A stretch of DNA of 64,000 nucleotides from Bacteroidia bacterium (GTDB taxonomy: Bacteria > Bacteroidota > Bacteroidia > UBA4408): NCBI GenBank assembly GCA_035438985.1, contig DAORJK010000013.1, forward strand, positions 23,416-87,415, written 5' to 3'. The notes under the pieces are model-generated. The model was not told the origin of the DNA. It worked only from the letters and a program-made list of their open reading frames with translations, and did no database searches. This document shows positions 8,149-16,978 of the stretch, piece after piece (position 1 is the stretch's first letter; every line of letters starts with the position of its first letter). Made by a program: the position numbers and the translations under genes.

Positions 8149-9511
8149 AATCACAGAAAATAACTTTAATCGCTTAGCCATTTGCATAATGACAAAACAT
8201 CGTTGTTCTTACGATGAAGCAATGGATAAGTTATGCGAACTAAAGTTAAATATAGTATGTGGAAGTGCGATAGGAAATTCTATTCCCTTACAAGCAGCAC
8301 TATTAACCGCTGTCAATACAGGGAAGCGTGCATTTTTAGGGGGCATATTTATTACAATCCCTGAGGATGTCAACACTTTGATCCCTTGGCCAAATAGCAC
8401 CTACTTAAATGACATAATAGTTGAACTAGGGGGACAAATAGTACAGAAACCTGTAGACGGAGTTTTTTCTCTAAAATTAGGTCTTTCAGCAAGTATTGAA
8501 GAAAACTCTTTAGAGGTTATTTGTAATAGTTGGCAAGGAGGCTTTTCAAACGGTGATAGTGATATTCGTTTGTTAGAAAGTAATAATATTCCTCTGGGAG
8601 GTATTGCTGCAGGAGCGCTGGGGGTTGGAACAGCTTTTCTTAGATTAACCAACATACAAGTTTCTGCAGGAGATGTATCAACAGGAATTTCTCTCTGGCG
8701 ACCGGACTTAGGCTGGCTTGATTATGAAGCAAATGGACCGGAGGTAATATTCCTACCGGAAAAATTTTGGTTACTTGGTTTAGGGCACTTAGGTCAAGCA
8801 TACTTATGGAACATAGCTTTTCTTCCTTATCCAGACTCTTCACAGATATCAATTCTTCTGCAGGACTATGATAAGATGTCGGTGGCCAATTTAAGTGCCG
8901 GACTAATCTGTGAAGAGGAAAATGATAAACAATTCAAGACTCGAATATGCAGCAATTGGCTCGAAGAGAGGGGTTTTAAAACCATTATATCAGAAAGAAA
9001 ATTTGATGAATCAACTAAATGTAATAGTAGTGAGCCATTAATTGCTTTATGTGGGTTTGATTCAGCCGTTTCGAGATTACATCTGGAAGATGCAGGGTTT
9101 GATTTGATTGTAGAAGCAGCTCTTGGTGGAAATTTATCATTGTTTGATAATATTATTTTACACACTTTCCCTAATGCACGTAAATCTCCAAAAGTAATTT
9201 GGGGAAATCTAAATTTTACTGACCAAGAGATTAATTCTGTTGTACTTGAAAAATTCTCGCATCTGAAAGAAAATGAATGTGGGATTATTGCTCAAACTCT
9301 TGCTAGTAAAGCAATTTCTACAGCTTTCGTAGGAGCGTTAGCAGGAGCGCTTGCAATTGCTGAATTATTGAGGGCATTAAACGGAGGCAAGAGATATGAT
9401 TTGATTGTCGCTCAAATGCGATCTTTGCAATATAAGAATGCCTCAATTCATAAAAATGAATCCTATAGTTCTGAAATGGCAAGAAACGGATTTGTTTCTA
9501 GTAAATGTTAA
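8138..9511 (+). CDS. bilD: E1-like ThiF/MoeB-family adenylating enzyme (BilD-like)
   Basis: Rossmann loop LLGLGHLGQAY followed by ILLQDYDKMSVANLSAG (compare the E1 'D.D.V..SNL.RQ' motif). 457 aa with an N-terminal extra domain. The start overlaps the JAB gene by 11 nt. Confidence 0.8.
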   Translation: MKDEITENNFNRLAICIMTKHRCSYDEAMDKLCELKLNIVCGSAIGNSIPLQAALLTAVNTGKRAFLGGIFITIPEDVNTLIPWPNSTYLNDIIVELGGQIVQKPVDGVFSLKLGLSASIEENSLEVICNSWQGGFSNGDSDIRLLESNNIPLGGIAAGALGVGTAFLRLTNIQVSAGDVSTGISLWRPDLGWLDYEANGPEVIFLPEKFWLLGLGHLGQAYLWNIAFLPYPDSSQISILLQDYDKMSVANLSAGLICEEENDKQFKTRICSNWLEERGFKTIISERKFDESTKCNSSEPLIALCGFDSAVSRLHLEDAGFDLIVEAALGGNLSLFDNIILHTFPNARKSPKVIWGNLNFTDQEINSVVLEKFSHLKENECGIIAQTLASKAISTAFVGALAGALAIAELLRALNGGKRYDLIVAQMRSLQYKNASIHKNESYSSEMARNGFVSSKC

Positions 9512-9571
9512 CCATTTTATTTTCCAGAAATTAATTATTTTTCGAAACAGTCTATTTAAAAGTTAAAAAAT

Positions 9572-10315
9572 ATGAAACGTAAAGCTATAGTAATTGGTGC
9601 TCCTGGAGGGGTTAAAAATGAATATTTAGAAGGTGTTCAATACGATTTCAAGAATTACATAAACTTCTTAAAATCACCAACGGGTGGTGCATGGGATTCG
9701 AGTGAAATTATCCCAGTAATGAATCCGAGCTCAATAAAGCTAAAGAACTACTTAAAAAACTTAAAGGTGGATTACACATTGGTGATATTTTCAGGTCATG
9801 GGGCCTATCAAATTGGTGATAGTACATATATTGCAGTGAACAGGACCGATTTAATTTCAGTCAATGAGCTAGTTACAAAATCGCCAAAACAATTGCTTAT
9901 CATAGATGCCTGTAGAAGTTTCATCGATAGTGGTATTTCTGGATTCTTAGAAGAGGAAGCTAAAAAATTTCCCTCAAAACTAAGCAGGATTGAGGGAAAA
10001 AGAATTTTTAAGTATCAGCTAGATAAATGTGAAAATGGACTGGTCGTTTGTTTTTCATCTATAATTGGTCAAAGTTCATACAGTAAAAATGACGGTGGTT
10101 TGTTTTCACTTAGCTTATTAGATACTGCCAAATCATGGGTTTTAACGCCTAGCAGGTTTGGTATATTGCCGATACAAACAGCCTTTACAAGAGCGAAAAA
10201 TTATACAATTCAAAAAACAAGAGGTATACAAGTGCCTGAACTTAAGGCATCCAATATTAAAAAAAGAACTACATGGTTTCCATTTGCCATAAGAAAACCT
10301 ATACAATCAGTTTAA
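9572..10315 (+). CDS. Caspase-like cysteine protease (peptidase C14 fold), stand-alone 247 aa
   Basis: N-terminal strand KAIVIGAPGG. The His-Cys dyad sits in canonical contexts: VIFSGHGAYQ (H76) and LLIIDACRSF (C114). It lies 60 nt downstream of the E1 stop on the same strand, with no obvious terminator between. Confidence 0.8.
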   Translation: MKRKAIVIGAPGGVKNEYLEGVQYDFKNYINFLKSPTGGAWDSSEIIPVMNPSSIKLKNYLKNLKVDYTLVIFSGHGAYQIGDSTYIAVNRTDLISVNELVTKSPKQLLIIDACRSFIDSGISGFLEEEAKKFPSKLSRIEGKRIFKYQLDKCENGLVVCFSSIIGQSSYSKNDGGLFSLSLLDTAKSWVLTPSRFGILPIQTAFTRAKNYTIQKTRGIQVPELKASNIKKRTTWFPFAIRKPIQSV

Positions 10316-10844
10316 CAGTTTGAACATTTCTGCTTCAAAAAAACTCAGCTGGATGTCTTAATATATAATGGTTCAAGAAAAATTCACAACTCGCTAATCT
10401 TGTTTTTGAATTAGAGTAGATTCTGATACTTGAATGATAAAACTCTATTTGCTTAAGGTCAGTTCACTCATTCCGCTACGCGCTTCATTCTTTTCACTCA
10501 CCGCAAGCAACGCACACAAGAGAAACAAAATATAAATTACCACTGTCCGCGTTAATTCAAGTTTCCCTTTTTGATTTGACAGTACGAATTTATATTTCGT
10601 TACACTTGCTTTTCCCCCCTCATAAGGTATTCTTTGTTTGACAAAAAACACAACCGCTTCAAAAGTTGAAAATTCCTTGCACTTACAACCCTTTGTTCGT
10701 AAAGGTTATAGTAAATTTCGAAAAAACAATTTTCCTGTTTTGCCATTCAAGTAAAAAATCTTTTCCCGAAAACCTTGACAAACATCCAAAGAAATTTTGA
10801 TTGGGTTTTTACACGGTTGAGCTTTTTCGGTTTGCCATTTGAAA

Positions 10845-11711
10845 CTATTTTGCTTTCATGATTAACGATTCCAAAAATTCGGAATTAGATTTAATTGAAC
10901 GTTCAACTTTCTTCAATAAATTTTTTCTGTAATCTTTATTCTTATCTAGAGAAGAGTAATCAACCAAGTTTTTACTGTAGAATTTTAAATCTTTTTTGAA
11001 GCTCGCCATGCTTGATTTCTTAGTGACAAATTTCTCAATTGCAAAAGCAACAAGTTCTTGAGTAAATGGAATAGAAACAACTTGATATTCCGCTAACCCT
11101 TGCAGTAAATTAAATTCTTTCCATTTATTTGACTCATCAAGAGCCTGAATTCTATTTCCTGTTTTTTTCAAGTGAATGTCGACAATTCGATAGCTGTTTT
11201 TTTCCTGTGTTTTCTTTCCCTCATTACTTTTCCCCCAAACAGTATAATCAACAGTATGAGCACCCGCGACCTTCCTTAAATCATAAATATCCAATTTTTG
11301 TATTTTTGAGTATTGTTGTTCGGTTGAGGGAAATTTAAGGAGCTCTCCAATCCCTTTTAGGGCAGAGCTTTGCAAGTAGATAGCGTTTAAAATACCATAT
11401 AGCCTTAAATATTTTTCACCCCAACTTTCATTCTTCGACAAGTCTCCCAATTGATACTCGAATGCATTAACGATGGCACTTTCGGTTGTTATGGTTAAAT
11501 CAACGCAGGCCTGAAATCTTTTGGATTCCTCAATATTATTAAAACCCATTCTCTCAGAGTACGCTTTCCAAAAGTTATCTTGGTGAGGAATATTCTGAGA
11601 AACATGATAGATTATGGCCGAAAGTAAATCGGCAATATCACCTTTGTCGTATTTCTCATTTTTACCAACGTTAATCATGCTGCTTTTTTTGAAGACAAAG
11701 CTATATAGCAT
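10845..11711 (-). CDS. Hypothetical protein (288 aa; alternative start M12 at 11678)
   Basis: Long ORF convergent with the caspase gene. No motif recognised. Confidence 0.5.
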   Translation of the reverse strand: MLYSFVFKKSSMINVGKNEKYDKGDIADLLSAIIYHVSQNIPHQDNFWKAYSERMGFNNIEESKRFQACVDLTITTESAIVNAFEYQLGDLSKNESWGEKYLRLYGILNAIYLQSSALKGIGELLKFPSTEQQYSKIQKLDIYDLRKVAGAHTVDYTVWGKSNEGKKTQEKNSYRIVDIHLKKTGNRIQALDESNKWKEFNLLQGLAEYQVVSIPFTQELVAFAIEKFVTKKSSMASFKKDLKFYSKNLVDYSSLDKNKDYRKNLLKKVERSIKSNSEFLESLIMKAK

Positions 11712-11826
11712 TCAACCGTTAATAGGATGATTATCCGACTATTTTTCAACATGATGGGTAATTGACATCAGTCCACCTACTGCTTAGCTAAGAATCTGCC
11801 TGCATAGCAAGAATCAAGACCCTTGT

Positions 11827-11880
11827 TGTCTTTGTCTTCATCAAGAATTTTTCGAACCCCAAAAATCACAGACAAAGACA
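11827..11880 (+). other. Hairpin (11-bp stem) followed by T-run
   Basis: TGTCTTTGTCT (11827-11837) pairs with AGACAAAGACA (11870-11880), followed by CGCTTTTTT. Confidence 0.4.
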
Positions 11881-12031
11881 CGCTTTTTTACAATTAAAGT
11901 ATATTTTTTATCGACTAAAATTGCAGGTGTGGGTAAAATGAAATATATTGCACAAATATTTTACGAGTTGACCAAACGACTTCAATGGGATATAATTCAA
12001 TAAATAGATAACTAAAAATTAAAAAATACAT

Positions 12032-13147
12032 ATGAGAAAATTTCACAAAATTAGTCTTGCCCTGGCTACAGTTTCAGTAATTATTTTCTTTGTTGGATGC
12101 AAGAAAGATGGCATAGAAACATCAAACAATGAATCACAAAACAATAGCAGTTTCGATGATCAAACATGGAGGTCTTACCCCCTTGATACAACTCCGGGAT
12201 TTGCTGCTGATGATGCATCTCGGATTTTGTCATACCCAGCTACCTCGTATGTTTCTGTTCCAAATAACAATGTTTTTCAAGCCTCTCCCGCTAGTTCAGT
12301 TGCCTATGGAGGTGTTACTTATTATGGCGGCCCATTTCAAGCAAGTACTTATTCGGTAAGCGGAAATATAATTACGTTTCAAATGAAACGCACAGATGGG
12401 TTTACTTTCCCTGTTGGCTCTGTTTTGAAAATTAAACTTACTAATGCAGGAGGAACAGTAATGAATACAATTACTTTAACAGCAGCAGCTTCAAGTTATA
12501 ACTTGCATGCTATTGAATCAAACACCTGGAATCTAAGTGGTGGTAGTTCAAGCAATCCCAACAATACCAGTAGTTATGTATTAACTTGGTACAATCCTTC
12601 TAGTGGCTTAACATTTTATACTTTACCTATAAAAATTGTTGCTGTTCCAACAGGTTGGGGTACTAATCTATCAAGTTTTGGTGTCCCCATTTATTCAAAT
12701 GGCTGGGGTGGCTTCTTATCTACCAATAACCTTAAAGATGTTTCCTACAATAACTCTCAGATGTATCAATGTGTACATTATATTCAGAAATACTATCTTG
12801 CTATAAAGTCTAAAAATATTGGCAATGCTAATGCTGGTGACTATTGGAATTCAAACACCTCTCACAGCCTTACTCAAAAAGTATTAAACGGGAATGGTGT
12901 TCCACAACAAGGAGATATTGTTTGCTTTTACAACACTAACTCTGGTTCCTATCATGTGGGAATTGCAGGTGGGGTTAATGTTTCTGGCTTTTTAAGAGTG
13001 TTTCAGGAAAACGTTGGGCAAACCCTTGTTAATGGTAATTATTGCTCTGGATATAAGGACATGGCTTATGCAAATAATGGAAGTGGTTACAACGTTTCAG
13101 CAGCAACACTTGGTAGCAATTGGGTGACACTTGGTTGGGTGAGGTAA
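12032..13147 (+). CDS. Lipoprotein with C-terminal CHAP (cysteine/histidine amidohydrolase-peptidase) domain
   Basis: Lipobox ...IIFFVGC. The C-terminal part has MYQCVHYIQKYY (catalytic Cys context) and GSYHVGIAGG (His context), as in CHAP domains. Confidence 0.65.
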   Translation: MRKFHKISLALATVSVIIFFVGCKKDGIETSNNESQNNSSFDDQTWRSYPLDTTPGFAADDASRILSYPATSYVSVPNNNVFQASPASSVAYGGVTYYGGPFQASTYSVSGNIITFQMKRTDGFTFPVGSVLKIKLTNAGGTVMNTITLTAAASSYNLHAIESNTWNLSGGSSSNPNNTSSYVLTWYNPSSGLTFYTLPIKIVAVPTGWGTNLSSFGVPIYSNGWGGFLSTNNLKDVSYNNSQMYQCVHYIQKYYLAIKSKNIGNANAGDYWNSNTSHSLTQKVLNGNGVPQQGDIVCFYNTNSGSYHVGIAGGVNVSGFLRVFQENVGQTLVNGNYCSGYKDMAYANNGSGYNVSAATLGSNWVTLGWVR

Positions 13148-13215
13148 GATAGTTGCTCTATAGAATGCTTGGCTGAAAATCAGGTACTAGTGATGTAAAA
13201 TTAAAATCAATAGAT

Positions 13216-14025
13216 ATGAATAGAAATAAACTAATTTTCTTGGTTGCAATTTTATCTGCTTGCCAAGGAAGACCAACAAGTTCAGTGACTGAACAAGAAC
13301 CCCAAGCGGATACAGTTAGTACGGCAAAAGCAAAAATTCAGTCTATCTCTAAGCTTAACGAACAGAGCGATAGCATTTCTCTATTCACAGCTCCTAATGG
13401 TAAACAATACAAAGTTATTCAGCTCCCTGCCGAATCTAGTCTTGATACCTCTACTGGCTTTACAGAACTTGCTGCACAGCTTGATTGTGAAACGGATGAC
13501 TACCACGGGAAGGATAGAAAAGCCTCAAAATTATCCATCGTAAATGCCTCAACTGAAGCGTTTAATAGTTTGAACTCTTTTATTGAAACCCTAAAGGATG
13601 ATAACTCAATGATAAATAATTCTCAAATAAGTCGTGACGAGAATAATAAAAGGGTTAAAGATGAAAAAAGAAATATAAAGCTTAGCAACATTTTTATTTA
13701 CGCAATGAAAAGAGAGCCCGATAATGATTACCACATAATTATTGGGGATGAAAATGGACTATATTTTAACATTGAAAACTCTGGCCTTCCAGATGAAAAC
13801 CAAGGAGATTTTAATAGACTTGCAAAAGCAAGAAAGGAAGTTGAGGATTATTTTGGTGAGGCTTGCAATTCAAATTATCAAAAGTTTGACCCACCAATTC
13901 CTGTTGAAATTGAAGGTTCAATTTTTTATGACATAGATCATCGACCGGGGGCTGTTGGGCCAGAGGGGTTCAAGCCTAAAACCTCTTGGGAAATTCACCC
14001 AATTACAAAAATTGTTTTCAAATAA
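13216..14025 (+). CDS. Lipoprotein, unknown function
   Basis: Signal/lipobox MNRNKLIFLVAILSAC. No catalytic motif recognised. Confidence 0.55.
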   Translation: MNRNKLIFLVAILSACQGRPTSSVTEQEPQADTVSTAKAKIQSISKLNEQSDSISLFTAPNGKQYKVIQLPAESSLDTSTGFTELAAQLDCETDDYHGKDRKASKLSIVNASTEAFNSLNSFIETLKDDNSMINNSQISRDENNKRVKDEKRNIKLSNIFIYAMKREPDNDYHIIIGDENGLYFNIENSGLPDENQGDFNRLAKARKEVEDYFGEACNSNYQKFDPPIPVEIEGSIFYDIDHRPGAVGPEGFKPKTSWEIHPITKIVFK

Positions 14026-14079
14026 TAGCAGGATCGGTAAACTGCAAAACAGCCAAGGTTAAGCGTGAATGTCTGCATA

Positions 14080-14153
14080 GCAAGATTGCGTATGGACGGT
14101 CTACTTTGTATGCCGCCCATACGCAATCTTGCGGGGAACACATTTCCCCGTAC
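14080..14153. terminator. Two consecutive hairpins between convergent genes
   Basis: GCAAGATTGCGTATGG (14080-14095) pairs perfectly with CCATACGCAATCTTGC (14117-14132). A second hairpin GGGGAA...TTCCCC follows. The pair sits between 13216..14025(+) and 14180..15838(-). Confidence 0.5.
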
Positions 14154-14179
14154 CCCTTTAAACGTAAAAAATATTAATT

Positions 14180-15838
14180 CTATTTAATTATTATTTTCAT
14201 TGATTCAAAACAATCAGATGTTTTAAATCTAGCGGTATAAAAACCAACTGGCAAATTTTTATCAATGAAAACTTTATGGGTTCTAGATGTCAAAAGATTC
14301 AAATCAACACGAAATACGACAGAACCAATATTGTTATATAAATCCAACACCCCCATTGTAGACTCATTTCCAAAATATGAGATATTAATTTCAAAAACAC
14401 CATCATTTGGATTTGGGAACGCCTTCATTAGTAACTTGTTCGGTTGGTATGTTAGGTTCTCATCATTCGTTTCTTTTTGAACACTAAATTCTTTGAAAAA
14501 AGGTAATTCAATCTGTGTAAGAGTCTGGCGAATTTGATTTATCATCACTGTCTCGTTACTTGCAGAACGATTTGCAGAACATTGTTCTATAGTCCCTGAA
14601 AAGGTAGCCCCAAGCTCAATTTCTAAATAAGATGTTGTGCTATTGGGTCCGTATGTAATGTGATTTCCTGCCTTAAATTCATAATCAGCCCCATCGTGAA
14701 TTGTAATTTTTGATATTACATCAATTCCTTCTTCTGCTTGAAGAATTACCTTATTCTCCGATTGGTAATGGCTCGCAGGGAAATATTCTCCAGATACACC
14801 AGATACACCAGGAAGTTGTAAGTTTTGATAGCAACTTATTTTCCTGCCTCCTAATCCAAGCAAATCTATTGTTAGGTCATTATTAGGGTTTAATTTATTT
14901 CTTACACCCTGGCGAAAATAACTGCTTTTAAAAGGTCCATAAAAATCCATCATACTAAAGCTACATCCAGATAAACCACCTGAAAGGACACCAACAATCT
15001 TATCATTAGAATTAAACATTACCGCCCCTGATGATCCAGATTGGGTAGAACCATAACACCATTGTGGTACAGTATACCATGGTATGTCAACGTAGTTACA
15101 AATTACTTGAGTTGAAAAACTCTGATTCCAAATCCATCCAAAAAGAATATCTATTATTGTAGTGATTGTATAACATCCTGTTGAAAGTGAAGAATAGTTT
15201 TTCAAAATCCTCTGTGTGCCACTGATTTTTTTAATATCCCCTTCTGGATGATGCACTGTTGTATATAAATTCGGTAATGTACCACAATTTGGCGTATTTC
15301 CAATACTAACACCATTTAACAATAAACTTGAATTCCAGCCAGCATAGTTATAGTTAAAATGGGGGGGTAAGGGAGTTACTATTTCACATAAAGCAAAATC
15401 ACCCCATGAATAATCCTCAATTAAATTGAGTTTGGAAATGTGCTTGTATTCATAACCATTAGGAAGTATATTACTTGACTGACTATTAGCTAACCCTTGA
15501 TTGGTAGAATGAGTAGAACTAGAGTTAGCATCAGGACTTTGGTAATTAAAATACAAAGTGAAATCATTACTAAAGTCAACATCCTTTACACAATGATGAG
15601 CAGTAATAAAGTAAAAACCTACATCGCCATCATTTGTGTTTCTGTTTATTAGAGTTCCTGTACACAATCCATCGATACTTAGTTTGAATACGCTATTTAT
15701 CATATTACTGTTAGGAGCAACCTGATATTGGGGATCATTTACATTTTTTTGGCACGCACCCGCGTCCCCAAATTCTTGTGCTAATAAAGACTTTACCAAA
15801 ATCAATTGAAACAACATAAATCGTCTTACTTTTTTCAT
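14180..15838 (-). CDS. Trypsin-like (S1) serine protease with T9SS C-terminal sorting domain
   Basis: Signal peptide present. ITAHHC supplies the catalytic His, and SGSSGAVMF is the GDSGGP-like Ser motif. The C-terminal ...AFPNPNDGVFEI...KIIIK is a T9SS CTD. Confidence 0.8.
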   Translation of the reverse strand: MKKVRRFMLFQLILVKSLLAQEFGDAGACQKNVNDPQYQVAPNSNMINSVFKLSIDGLCTGTLINRNTNDGDVGFYFITAHHCVKDVDFSNDFTLYFNYQSPDANSSSTHSTNQGLANSQSSNILPNGYEYKHISKLNLIEDYSWGDFALCEIVTPLPPHFNYNYAGWNSSLLLNGVSIGNTPNCGTLPNLYTTVHHPEGDIKKISGTQRILKNYSSLSTGCYTITTIIDILFGWIWNQSFSTQVICNYVDIPWYTVPQWCYGSTQSGSSGAVMFNSNDKIVGVLSGGLSGCSFSMMDFYGPFKSSYFRQGVRNKLNPNNDLTIDLLGLGGRKISCYQNLQLPGVSGVSGEYFPASHYQSENKVILQAEEGIDVISKITIHDGADYEFKAGNHITYGPNSTTSYLEIELGATFSGTIEQCSANRSASNETVMINQIRQTLTQIELPFFKEFSVQKETNDENLTYQPNKLLMKAFPNPNDGVFEINISYFGNESTMGVLDLYNNIGSVVFRVDLNLLTSRTHKVFIDKNLPVGFYTARFKTSDCFESMKIIIK

Positions 15839-15849
15839 GGACTTGCCTT

Positions 15850-16449
15850 TTATTTTATAAAATATTTAACCAAATTAAATGTGTCTGTCGAATTAATATA
15901 ACGGATGATTCCTATATCAGGAGCGAATAATAATTTATTGGGTCCATTTTGAAAATAAATAGCGTTTTGATAATGGGAACCACTTACCGTAATTGAATCT
16001 AGGACTACCTCCGACGGAATTATTGTACTCAAGGGATGAATATCTGTCTCTGCGTCCATTTTTGCGCCAATGACACATAAAAAATAATTTTCACAACAAT
16101 TCGCATTGTTAAAATATTCGCCATTTATTTCTTTATTTATGCCATCATTAATATAATTAGTGTTTAATGTAAATTTTCTCTCCGGATAAGTAATACATTT
16201 TACTTGTTTATCCTTTCGAATAACTTCAGAAAAATTTGTTATGAATACGCTATCTGTCTTTGTTGATTTATTGTTTTTATAAACCCACCAATTATCAGAT
16301 TGATACATGCCAAAATAACTATTCATTTTATCTAAAAACCAATAGTCCTTTAATCCTTTTCTTTTTGGACACTGCTTACAAGAACCTAAAATTAAAGCAA
16401 TTAAAACAACGACTATACCGGCAAAATTTTTCATGTGCTTTTTAATCAA
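15850..16449 (-). CDS. Lipoprotein, unknown function (alternative start at 16434)
   Basis: MKNFAGIVVVLIALILGSC lipobox. Tight spacing within the minus-strand operon. Confidence 0.55.
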   Translation of the reverse strand: MIKKHMKNFAGIVVVLIALILGSCKQCPKRKGLKDYWFLDKMNSYFGMYQSDNWWVYKNNKSTKTDSVFITNFSEVIRKDKQVKCITYPERKFTLNTNYINDGINKEINGEYFNNANCCENYFLCVIGAKMDAETDIHPLSTIIPSEVVLDSITVSGSHYQNAIYFQNGPNKLLFAPDIGIIRYINSTDTFNLVKYFIK

Positions 16450-16978
16450 AATTAATCGAATTAAAGAATATCTCCTTATATATTAGGAGCCTTTGCAAAT
16501 CAGTTTCAATACCAGTAATTGAAAAAGTTAGAAATTTATCATCATAAAGAAATATTCTATTAAAGGAGTATTCTCTTTCCAATGTTGAGAGTTCATCATA
16601 TGAAAACCCTATTTCTAAACCCCTATGATTATCAATAAGTATATCACTTATTGATGTGAGGGTCCCATTGGAAATTAACAATAAAATCTTACCGATCGTT
16701 CTTAGGGTGTCATAGTTTGTCTGTGTTAATGCTGTTGTGAAAATCAGACTTGATGAGTCAAAAGAAATGCTATCAATGAAATGAACCTGTAAGCCAAGAG
16801 TAGAATCAACTTTGAAAAAAAAAGATTCTATATTTATAGTGTCAAGAATAAGTGGATTATTTGGGAGTTTAAAATTAAAGTCAGGATTATAATTGTTCAA
16901 TTGCACCCAATTTGTATCAGGCTGAGCAGTCAACTCATAATATCCAATACAAAATAGAAATAGGAATATTTTTTTCAT
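16442..16978 (-). CDS. Secreted hypothetical protein
   Basis: Signal peptide MKKIFLFLFCIGYYELTAQ. Its start overlaps the upstream stop (ATGA at 16975-16978). Confidence 0.55.
   Translation of the reverse strand: MKKIFLFLFCIGYYELTAQPDTNWVQLNNYNPDFNFKLPNNPLILDTINIESFFFKVDSTLGLQVHFIDSISFDSSSLIFTTALTQTNYDTLRTIGKILLLISNGTLTSISDILIDNHRGLEIGFSYDELSTLEREYSFNRIFLYDDKFLTFSITGIETDLQRLLIYKEIFFNSINFD

Noticed and set aside
6139-9511. Type II CBASS (E1/E2 Cap2 plus JAB Cap3) as the explanation for the E1, E2 and JAB genes.
   Set aside because: No CD-NTase/cyclase gene and no CBASS effector lie nearby. E1 and E2 are separate proteins. A dedicated Ubl gene ending in Gly is present. The Bil-like architecture therefore fits better.
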